Virus record (IMG/VR): IMGVR_UViG_3300037474_000120
Span: 1 to 42,222 of that record
Direction: 5' to 3' (one strand)
DNA length: 42,222 nucleotides
From: a virus
Taxonomy: Duplodnaviria; Caudoviricetes
Shown: positions 15,050 through 22,634 of the stretch, piece after piece
Numbering within the stretch: position 1 is the stretch's first letter
Layout: each line of letters begins with the position of its first letter
Notes under the pieces: generated by a model
Database searches by the model: none
What the model saw: the letters and a program-made list of their open reading frames with translations, nothing else
Told to the model about the DNA's origin: nothing
Program-made: the position numbers and the translations under genes

Positions 15050-16038
15050 GGGACGAGCGTATCCAAGCGATCCGGCGAGCTCTGTCGGACCCGCACCGCG
15101 TAGTCGCGAGACTCGGACTCGGAGAAGGATCGAAGCGCCAGCACCAAGGTCTTCTCGTTCGGTGTCCCTCCCACTCCGAACGCACACCATCGTGCTCGGT
15201 CACGAGAGGTCCGGACGGCAGCCTGCGGGTCAAGTGCTTCGGGTGCGACCTAGCCGGAGACATCCTGACGTTGGTGGCGGTCGCCAACCGGCTCTCGCTT
15301 CGGCGAGACTTCGCCAGTGTGCTGGATGCCGCATCGGAGCTGGCCGGGCTGCCCAGGGGCGAGGATGCCTGTTTCACGCGTTTCACGGGGGCGCCAATCG
15401 ACTTTCCCGAGTCGGACGTGTCAGGTGTCGTCCGGGAGTATCCGAAGCCGCAGGACGTCAAGGCGCTCTGGGAATCGGCATTGCCCACCGGTCAGGTCGA
15501 GTGTGCCGATATGATGCTGTACCTGAGGGGTCTGGCCCCCGATGCTGACCTTGCTCGAGCGCTTCCTGACGGTGCTGTTCTACCTGATTGGGCTCGATTC
15601 CGTGGAGAGACGTGGGTTGAGACTGGACATCGAGTCATCGTGCCGGCGTACGACCATGAGGGCACGAGGCGCAGCGTGCGTGCGTGGGCGACGACGCCTG
15701 GGTACGAGGGCCCGAAGAGGCTTCCACCGGCAGGGCATAAGGCCACTGGTCTGGTGCTGGCCAACCAGTGGGCGCTGGAGATGCTTCACGCGAGCGCGGC
15801 TCCTTGTCGACTTCTCATTGGTGAAGGAGAAGGCGATTACCTGGCGCTGTGCCAGGCGTACCCGTGCACCGCGGTTATCGGGGTGGTGAACGGTAGCTGG
15901 TCGGATGCGTTCGCAGAGCGCGTTCCGTTTGGGTCAGAGGTGATGGTGCGCACGCACCGAGACGAGGCGGGTGAGCGATACGCGCAAGCCATCCTCAAGA
16001 GTGTGAAGGGTCGAGCCGTTGTTAAGAGGGTTGCGTGA
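15046..16038 (+). CDS. DNA primase-like (CHC2 zinc finger plus Toprim)
   Basis: CPSHSERTPSC...KCFGC; IGEGEGDYLAL; HRDEAGERYA. Confidence 0.85.
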   Translation: MRDERIQAIRRALSDPHRVVARLGLGEGSKRQHQGLLVRCPSHSERTPSCSVTRGPDGSLRVKCFGCDLAGDILTLVAVANRLSLRRDFASVLDAASELAGLPRGEDACFTRFTGAPIDFPESDVSGVVREYPKPQDVKALWESALPTGQVECADMMLYLRGLAPDADLARALPDGAVLPDWARFRGETWVETGHRVIVPAYDHEGTRRSVRAWATTPGYEGPKRLPPAGHKATGLVLANQWALEMLHASAAPCRLLIGEGEGDYLALCQAYPCTAVIGVVNGSWSDAFAERVPFGSEVMVRTHRDEAGERYAQAILKSVKGRAVVKRVA

Positions 16039-16511
16039 AACAGATAGAGCTTACCAGAGGGCGCTTCGCGAGCGTAGATGACGATGACTTCGATGCGCTA
16101 TCAGCGCACAAGTGGCGCCTCCGCGTGAGCACAAGATCTAGTCGCGGCACATGTTATGCGATCCGATCTGTTGGCGGGCGCACCGTGCTCATGCACCGGG
16201 TTATCGTGAACGCCATCGAGGGTCAGATAGTTGACCACATCAATGGTGATGGCCTGGATAACTCCAGGTCCAATCTCAGGGTTGTTACCCACTCTCAGAG
16301 CATGATGAACCGAGTCTGGAGCCGAGACGGAATGACATCTCGGTTCCAGGGTGTGACATGGGATAAGTGTTGCAAGAAGTGGAGGGCGCAGATCTTCTGC
16401 AATGGGAAGAGGATATATCTCGGGGTGCATGCCGAGGAGGATGCGGCCTATGCCGCCTACAAGGCAGCATGCGCTGAGTTGTTTGGAGAGTTTTCACCGA
16501 GGCTGCCTTGA
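16035..16511 (+). CDS. HNH-AP2 homing endonuclease
   Basis: MHRVI...VDHINGDGLDNSRSNLR; AP2-like SRFQGVTW...KWRAQI...YLG...A..AY. Confidence 0.92.
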   Translation: MKQIELTRGRFASVDDDDFDALSAHKWRLRVSTRSSRGTCYAIRSVGGRTVLMHRVIVNAIEGQIVDHINGDGLDNSRSNLRVVTHSQSMMNRVWSRDGMTSRFQGVTWDKCCKKWRAQIFCNGKRIYLGVHAEEDAAYAAYKAACAELFGEFSPRLP

Positions 16512-17518
16512 GCAAGAAGGTCATCGATGACAATGACCGGCTCAAGGCCGGCACGCTGCCAGAAGATCCTTTCGAGGGAACTGCGGTAGCCGACGAGGTT
16601 CCGCGCATCCTCACCGTCCGCGAGTTGCTTACCGGCTCTGGTACGCGCTCCCGATCGAGGCGTCGGGACGTGTACGGCACCACCGGGCACCACAAGCTCG
16701 ACGCCATCACAGGCGGTCTGCGACCTGGCGACTGCTGGCTGGTAGGTGCCGACACCAGCTGGGGCAAGTCCTCTTTCGCTGTGATGGTGATCGACGAGAA
16801 CCTGCGGCGAGGCAAGCAGGTGCTACTCGTGAGCTCCGAAGACAGCGAGCACACCTACGGTGACCGGCTGATGTGCCGCCGCTCGCGAGTGCCGGCGCAG
16901 TCGCTGCGTGACCGCCGGCTGACCGCGGCAGACCAGGAGGCGATCGCCAGGGTCGAGTCCGAGGCACGACCGGACCCGGTGTTTATCGACGCACGCGGCA
17001 AGACGGTGGAGTGGCTTGCACCCCAGGTGAAACGCGCGGTGCGGGAGTACGGAATCGAGGTGGTCATCTTCGACTACATCGGCGCGTTCACCTGCAAGAT
17101 TGGGCAGCAGGACCGACGCAACGCGGTGACCTACACGGCGCGCGTGCTGACCGACGTGGCCAAGACAGCCAAGCCTGGGGGTGTGTGCGGCATTCTCCTT
17201 TCGCAGCTGACAATCGCCGAAGAGGGAACTGAGCCAGGAAAGTACGCATTCCGCGACAGCAAAGACCTAGTGCAGATGGCAGAGATTGCGCTGGTCGGTT
17301 TCCTTGCGCCAAAGGACTCTGTGGAGCATGGTGTGCGTGCCGGTGATCGGGTGATGAAGGTCGCCAAGTGCAAGCAGGGTGAAGCCGGCAAGAAGGTGCT
17401 GATGGCATGGGACCCGGTGGTCGCATGCTTCGATGCGGTGCATGACGAGGAGGCCCGTCGCCTCGACCAACTGACAGACGGGATGCGGGACTGGAGAAGT
17501 GATGACGACGATTCGTGA
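16508..17518 (+). CDS. DnaB-like replicative helicase (C-terminal ATPase domain)
   Basis: LDAITGGLRPG, ADTSWGKS, VIFDYI, LLSQL, RDSKDLVQMAE. Confidence 0.9.
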   Translation: MSKKVIDDNDRLKAGTLPEDPFEGTAVADEVPRILTVRELLTGSGTRSRSRRRDVYGTTGHHKLDAITGGLRPGDCWLVGADTSWGKSSFAVMVIDENLRRGKQVLLVSSEDSEHTYGDRLMCRRSRVPAQSLRDRRLTAADQEAIARVESEARPDPVFIDARGKTVEWLAPQVKRAVREYGIEVVIFDYIGAFTCKIGQQDRRNAVTYTARVLTDVAKTAKPGGVCGILLSQLTIAEEGTEPGKYAFRDSKDLVQMAEIALVGFLAPKDSVEHGVRAGDRVMKVAKCKQGEAGKKVLMAWDPVVACFDAVHDEEARRLDQLTDGMRDWRSDDDDS

Positions 17519-17843
17519 GATGCAGAAACAGGTGCACGATCTGGCGGTGTCCAAAGGGTGGCACGAGGACCGTGACATCACCAGTCCGCACGTGCTCGGA
17601 TCAATGCTGGCGCTGATTCACAGCGAGGTCAGCGAGGCCCTGGAGTGTATCCGAGGCCAGGAGATGCATCTGTACTTCGAGGCTACAGGGAAACCGCTCG
17701 GTCTCCCGAGCGAGCTGGCCGACGTGGTCATCCGTTGCCTCGACATGGCAGAGGCGCTGGACATCGACCTGCAGGCGGTCATCGAGGAGAAACACGCTTA
17801 CAACACGACGCGGGCGCGTCGTCATGGGGGCAAGGCTCTGTGA
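17499..17843 (+). CDS. MazG-like nucleotide pyrophosphohydrolase
   Basis: ALIHSEVSEALE...ELADVVIRCLD...K..YN..R...HGGK. Confidence 0.88.
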   Translation: MMTTIREMQKQVHDLAVSKGWHEDRDITSPHVLGSMLALIHSEVSEALECIRGQEMHLYFEATGKPLGLPSELADVVIRCLDMAEALDIDLQAVIEEKHAYNTTRARRHGGKAL

Positions 17844-18196
17844 GGACACAGAAGCCGGTGGCTGCGCAGCACGAGGCTGACCGCATCCTGCGTATCGCGG
17901 CGTCGCACTTCGGGGTGGAGCCGTTCTACCTGCTGGCGCCGGGTCGGGAGAAGTCCCGCATCCGAGCGCGGCACATCACGATGGCCATCATGCGAGAGCA
18001 CCTCGACATGAGCTACACCGAGTTGGCCCAGTACTGGGGCGGGTGTGACCACACGACGGTGCTGAACGCCGTCAAGCGTGCGCGGGTCAAGCGGATGAGC
18101 AAGCCGAAGTGGGCCGAGGACTTCAGCGCGCTCGAGTGCGCGATGCTGCCGTGGCGCGAGGAGTCGGAGATCGAGAAGCTGGAGCTTTGCGCTTGA
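17840..18196 (+). CDS. Stand-alone DnaA C-terminal (domain IV) HTH protein
   Basis: A.HFGV...LL...R......AR.I.M...RE...SY.E.....GG.DHTTV..AV signature; GTGA-coupled start. Confidence 0.85.
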   Translation: MRTQKPVAAQHEADRILRIAASHFGVEPFYLLAPGREKSRIRARHITMAIMREHLDMSYTELAQYWGGCDHTTVLNAVKRARVKRMSKPKWAEDFSALECAMLPWREESEIEKLELCA

Positions 18197-20427
18197 CAAC
18201 GTATGACGAGTTCCTGGCGCGCAAGGCGCTGAAGCACGTGGCTACCGGCATCGCAGACCCGCCGATGCTGAGCGCGAGCCTGTTCCCATTCCAGCGCGAT
18301 GTGGTGCGCTGGGCGCTGCAGCGCGGCCGCTGCGCGCTATTCGAGGAATGTGGGCTTGGCAAGACGAGGCAGGCAATCGAGTGGGCATCCGTAGTCGGCG
18401 ATCACACTGGGAAGCCGGTGCTCATTCTCACTCCGCTCGCTGTGGCGCACCAGTTCGTAAAGGAGGGAGAAGTCATGGGCGTGGACGTGGTCCACGTCCG
18501 GGAAGCGGTTGACGTTCCAGATGAAGGCTACGCCGGTATGCCGAATATCCTGGTGTCGAACTACGAGCGGCTGGACAAGCTAGAGGCGATCATCCCTTAC
18601 CTAGGCGGCATCGTGCTCGACGAGAGCAGCATCCTGAAGGCCTACGACGGCAAGACGCGGACGGCGCTCATCGAGGCGTTTCAGGAGACGCCGTTCCGGC
18701 TGGCGTGCACTGCGACACCGTCGCCGAACGACGTCACCGAGCTAGGGAACCACGCCGAGTTCCTGGGAGCAATGAGCCGCGTCGAGATGTTGGCCACGTT
18801 CTTCTGCCACGACGGCGGCGACACGAGCACATGGCGATTGAAGGGGCACGCCGAGGCGGACTTCTGGGCATGGGTCCGGACGTGGGCTGTATGCTTGTCG
18901 AAGCCGAGCGACATGGGCTACAGCGACGATGGGTACATCCTGCCACCGCTGGAGTTGCACGAGCACGTGGTTGATGTGGACCAGAGAATGGCGCGCCAGG
19001 CTGGGCTGCTGTTCGCGTTCGAGGCCACTACGCTTACGGACCAGCGGGCGGTCAAGCGCGAGACGATGACGGAACGAGTGGCGCTGGCGGCGCAGCTGGT
19101 GAACGACACTCCGGGACAGTGGCTGGTGTTCTGCGACCTGAACGACGAGAGCGCGGCGCTGACCAAGGCGATCGGTGACGCCATCGAGGTCACGGGCTCG
19201 GACACGGCGGAGCGTAAGGAAAACGCCATCATTGCCTTCGCCGAAGGAAAGCAGCGTGTGATGGTGTCCAAGGCGTCGATCGTGGGCTTTGGGGTGAATC
19301 TGCAGAACTGCAACCAGATGGTGTTCGTCGGCCCAGACCACAGCTACGAGAAGTTCCACCAGACGGTTCGCCGCTGCTGGCGATTCGGGCAGACCAAGAC
19401 GGTGCACGTGCACAAGGTGGTGACGTCGGCGGACGGACGGGTCGTACACAACCTGGAGCGCAAGCGGGTCGAGCACGAGGCGATGGTTAGGGGGATGGTG
19501 AAGGCAGTGGACAGCGAAGCCGGAAGGAGAAAGCGAGTGGAGCATGCCGAAGGGATCAAGGAGACGGGTCGCTCGTGGGAGATGCGACTCGGAGACTGTG
19601 TTGAACTGTGTCGTAACCTGGATGGTGACTCTGTGGGTTTCTCGGTGTATTCGCCGCCGTTCGCCAGCTTGTATACATACAGCGACTCCGACCGGGACAT
19701 GGGCAATTGCCGAGACCACGAGGAGTTCTTCGCCCACTACACCTACCTGCTGCGCGAGCTGTTCAGGGTCACCAAGCCGGGACGCCTCAGCTCGGTGCAC
19801 TGCATGATTATGCCAACCAGCAAGGTGCGCGACGGCGTCATCGGGCTGACTGACTTCCCTGGCCAGATCATACGGGCGCACCAGGAAGCGGGATGGGTGT
19901 ACCACTCGGACGTTGTCGTGTGGAAGGATCCCGTGACTGCCATGCAGCGCACGAAGGCGCTGGGCCTGTTGTGGAAGCAGATTCAAAAGGATTCGTGCAT
20001 GTCGCGCATGGGCCTCCCTGACCGCGTGGTGACGTTCCGAAAGCCGGGCGTCAACGCCGATCCGGTGGGACACAGCAAGGCGGAGTTCCCTGTCGACCAG
20101 TGGCAGCGCTGGGCTAGCCCGGTGTGGGACGACATCAACCCGAGCGACACGCTGCAGTATCAGTCGGCGCGCGAGGAGAAGGACGAGCGCCACATCTGCC
20201 CGCTGCAGTTGGAGGTGATTCGCCGGTGCGTTCGACTGTGGAGCAACCCCCGGGACACCGTGCTCTCTCCTTTCGCCGGGATCGGTAGCGAGGGGCATGT
20301 GTCGGTTCAGGAGGGTCGCCGGTTCCTGGGGTGCGAACTGAAGCCGTCATACTTCCGGCAAGCGTGTGCCAACTTGAGAGCCGCCGAGTCCGCCACGATC
20401 GACCTGTTCTCTGCGGCTCGCTCTTAA
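18193..20427 (+). CDS. SNF2-like helicase fused to an N4/N6 DNA methyltransferase
   Basis: Helicase motifs CGLGKT, LDESS, CTATP, RRCWRFGQ. Methylase motifs GDC..., SPPF, HICPLQ, VLSPFAGIGSEG (beta-class order). Confidence 0.9.
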   Translation: MTTYDEFLARKALKHVATGIADPPMLSASLFPFQRDVVRWALQRGRCALFEECGLGKTRQAIEWASVVGDHTGKPVLILTPLAVAHQFVKEGEVMGVDVVHVREAVDVPDEGYAGMPNILVSNYERLDKLEAIIPYLGGIVLDESSILKAYDGKTRTALIEAFQETPFRLACTATPSPNDVTELGNHAEFLGAMSRVEMLATFFCHDGGDTSTWRLKGHAEADFWAWVRTWAVCLSKPSDMGYSDDGYILPPLELHEHVVDVDQRMARQAGLLFAFEATTLTDQRAVKRETMTERVALAAQLVNDTPGQWLVFCDLNDESAALTKAIGDAIEVTGSDTAERKENAIIAFAEGKQRVMVSKASIVGFGVNLQNCNQMVFVGPDHSYEKFHQTVRRCWRFGQTKTVHVHKVVTSADGRVVHNLERKRVEHEAMVRGMVKAVDSEAGRRKRVEHAEGIKETGRSWEMRLGDCVELCRNLDGDSVGFSVYSPPFASLYTYSDSDRDMGNCRDHEEFFAHYTYLLRELFRVTKPGRLSSVHCMIMPTSKVRDGVIGLTDFPGQIIRAHQEAGWVYHSDVVVWKDPVTAMQRTKALGLLWKQIQKDSCMSRMGLPDRVVTFRKPGVNADPVGHSKAEFPVDQWQRWASPVWDDINPSDTLQYQSAREEKDERHICPLQLEVIRRCVRLWSNPRDTVLSPFAGIGSEGHVSVQEGRRFLGCELKPSYFRQACANLRAAESATIDLFSAARS

Positions 20428-20429
20428 CC

Positions 20430-20457
20430 TTGCACTCAGGACGCATGCTGCTAGCAT
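20430..20457 (+). promoter_or_regulatory. Sigma70-like leaderless promoter of the recombination operon
   Basis: TTGCAC-N16-TAGCAT-N6-ATG; no Shine-Dalgarno sequence. Confidence 0.7.
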
Positions 20458-20463
20458 GACAGC

Positions 20464-21105
20464 ATGAACATCTACCAGCGAATCAACGCCATCATGCGGG
20501 ATGTCCCTGGCGTCCGTAAGGAGCGCAACAACCCTCAGGGCCGGTACGCCTACGCCGGCCACGAGGACGTCACGGCTGCCCTGCACGCCGGCTACGTGAA
20601 GCACGGCGTCGTGCGGACGGCTACCGTTCTCAAGTGCGACATCCTGGACGGCGGCACGGTGATGCTGAACGTGAGGGTGTCGTGGGTGTCGAAGGACGAC
20701 CCGGCAGACCGCCTGGAGGTGGACATGCCTGCGATCCAGTCGAGCGTTCGCAAGGAGGGCAACCTGAGCCCGGTTCAGGTCGGGATGGCGCTGTCGTACG
20801 CCGTGAAAAACGCAGAGTTCAAGTGCTTCGCGCTGACCGGTGACGACACGCCTGACACCGAAGAGGAGGACCACCGCGAGCCTGCCGCTGACACCAGCGA
20901 GTTCGCGAACGGAGCGGGCCAGGAGCACCTGCGTCGGTTCGAGGCGGCACAGACGATGGATGAGTGGAAGGCGGTGAACGAGGACATCAAGTCCAAGTGG
21001 GATACGCTTAAGCACATCAAGGGCTTCAGCGAGGACCTGGTCCGAATCCGCACCGCGGCGGCGGAGCGCATCCGCGGGCAGCGCCAGCCGGGTCAGGAGG
21101 GGTGA
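20464..21105 (+). CDS. erf: ERF-family single-strand annealing protein
   Basis: NIYQRI..I...V.K...N....Y.Y...EDV...L...G; GMALSYAVK...F.L..DD.PD. Confidence 0.85.
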   Translation: MNIYQRINAIMRDVPGVRKERNNPQGRYAYAGHEDVTAALHAGYVKHGVVRTATVLKCDILDGGTVMLNVRVSWVSKDDPADRLEVDMPAIQSSVRKEGNLSPVQVGMALSYAVKNAEFKCFALTGDDTPDTEEEDHREPAADTSEFANGAGQEHLRRFEAAQTMDEWKAVNEDIKSKWDTLKHIKGFSEDLVRIRTAAAERIRGQRQPGQEG

Positions 21106-21863
21106 TGCTGACTCTAATCGACCTGAGCGCAGAGTTCTGGCGCAACTACTACGGTAGCGGCTCGGCGCTCGACGCCTACACGCTGACAATCGATCGCGTG
21201 CAGTTCTACACGCGCGAGTGGCCACGCACGGTCGTGTGTTGCGACAGCCCCAAGAGTCTCCGAAAGGAGATGCTTCCCTCGTACAAGAGCAACCGCAAGC
21301 CGCGTCCAGAGGACGCATGGGATTCCCTTCGTTCGGTGGAGCAGCGGGTACGCGCGTGGGGCGTACCGGTAGTGATGTGCGACGGGTACGAGGCGGACGA
21401 CGTCATTGCGGCGCTGTGCTCGCAGGCGTTCCCGGAGGAGGTGCAGGTCATCGGCTGCGAGAAGGACCTGTACTGTCTGCTGGCCACCGAGACGGTGCGC
21501 CTGGTCGGCAAGTCCGGATACATCTTCGCCAACGACTGCGTGACTAAGTTCGGTGTGGCGCCCAGCCAGATGCCGGACTGGCTGGCGCTGGTGGGCGATG
21601 CGGCCGATGCGATCCAGGGGTGCCCTGGGTGCGGGCCAGGGCGGGCGTCGGCGCTGCTCGAGATGTTCGGCACGCTCGACGGGATTCGAGCCGCTTCGGA
21701 CTCGGACATCCTCTCCGTTCCTGGTGTGGGCAAGAAGACCCTGGAGGGCCTGCGTTCGTGGGACCCGACGATGGCCCGTGAGCTGGTCAGGCTTCGAGAC
21801 GACGCACCGGTGTCGTTGGCAGATTTGTTTCAAGCAACTGCGGCTAGCGCCGCTCAGGAGTGA
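21102..21863 (+). CDS. 5'-3' exonuclease (Pol I N-terminal/flap endonuclease family)
   Basis: YKSNRK, YEADDVIA, EKDL, LVGDAADAIQGCPGCG and an HhH motif VPGVGKK. Confidence 0.93.
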   Translation: MMLTLIDLSAEFWRNYYGSGSALDAYTLTIDRVQFYTREWPRTVVCCDSPKSLRKEMLPSYKSNRKPRPEDAWDSLRSVEQRVRAWGVPVVMCDGYEADDVIAALCSQAFPEEVQVIGCEKDLYCLLATETVRLVGKSGYIFANDCVTKFGVAPSQMPDWLALVGDAADAIQGCPGCGPGRASALLEMFGTLDGIRAASDSDILSVPGVGKKTLEGLRSWDPTMARELVRLRDDAPVSLADLFQATAASAAQE

Positions 21864-21864
21864 C

Positions 21865-22164
21865 ATGGCAACGAAGAAAGCAACCAAGACGGAAACCAAG
21901 GCAGTCATCATCACCACCTCACACCGAGGTGTGTTCTTCGGCGACCTGGAGAAAGGCACCGAGGAGAGCCGAACGGTCACTCTGACCAACGCGCGCAACG
22001 CGATCTACTGGGCCACGAGCAAGGGTTTCATCGAGCTCGCGCAGGTCGGCCCGAACAAGTCGAGCAAGGTTGGCGCGACGGCGCCGCGCATCGTGCTCCA
22101 CGACGTGACCAGCGTCACCGAGTGCACCGAAGCAGCGGCAGCGGCGTGGAGGGCGTTCGCGTGA
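21865..22164 (+). CDS. DUF6948-like protein
   Basis: VIITTSHRGVFFG.L......V.L.NAR...YW.....ELA..GP pattern; AGGAG RBS. Confidence 0.7.
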   Translation: MATKKATKTETKAVIITTSHRGVFFGDLEKGTEESRTVTLTNARNAIYWATSKGFIELAQVGPNKSSKVGATAPRIVLHDVTSVTECTEAAAAAWRAFA

Positions 22165-22634
22165 AGCCCGAGACGCTCACGTTGCTGAGCGTCGATGACG
22201 TGGTGCGTGGCGGCGCGTGCGCCGGTGGCGTTCATGCTTTCCGAAGCAAGCACTTCCCGCTGGCCACGACTGTTGCTGTTGAGGACGCGCTGAAAGTCGC
22301 CGACGAGGAGTCGGCTGCGTACATCCGGCGAGCCGCAGGGCTCGCCGGCTACGGCTACGGCTACGGCTACGGCAACGGCAACGGCTACGGCTACGGCGAC
22401 GGCTACGGCTACGGCAACGGCTACGGCAACGGCGACGGCGACGGCAACGGCAACGGCTACGGCTACGGCTACGGCTACGGCGACGGCGACGGCTACGGCT
22501 ACGGCTACGGCAACGGCTACGGCAACGGCGACGGCGACGGCAACGGCTACGGCTACGGCAACGGCGACGGCGACGGCAACGGCTACGGCTACGGCAACGG
22601 CAACGGCAACGGCAACGGCGACGGCGACGGTTAG
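22161..22634 (+). CDS. Gly-X (G-Y/N/D) repeat protein
   Basis: N-terminal GAC..GV..F domain followed by 47 GX dipeptides; GTGA-coupled start. Confidence 0.8.
   Translation: MKPETLTLLSVDDVVRGGACAGGVHAFRSKHFPLATTVAVEDALKVADEESAAYIRRAAGLAGYGYGYGYGNGNGYGYGDGYGYGNGYGNGDGDGNGNGYGYGYGYGDGDGYGYGYGNGYGNGDGDGNGYGYGNGDGDGNGYGYGNGNGNGNGDGDG
22347..22628 (+). repeat. Hexamer tandem array (GGC[T/A/G]AC) x47
   Basis: Directly visible; only the fourth base of each unit varies. Confidence 0.97.

Noticed and set aside
18742-20298. 518-aa minus-strand ORF, and similar long antisense or alternate-frame ORFs (10500-11603, 22721-24277, 28079-29212, 30827-32356, 34931-35758, 38908-40302)
   Set aside because: All overlap genes with clear motifs or operon context; stop-poor shadow frames are expected at this GC content.
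22347-22628. AAC/TAC/GAC variation as DGR adenine mutagenesis, or the array as CRISPR
   Set aside because: No reverse transcriptase or template/variable repeat pair; the second A never varies; no unique spacers or cas genes.
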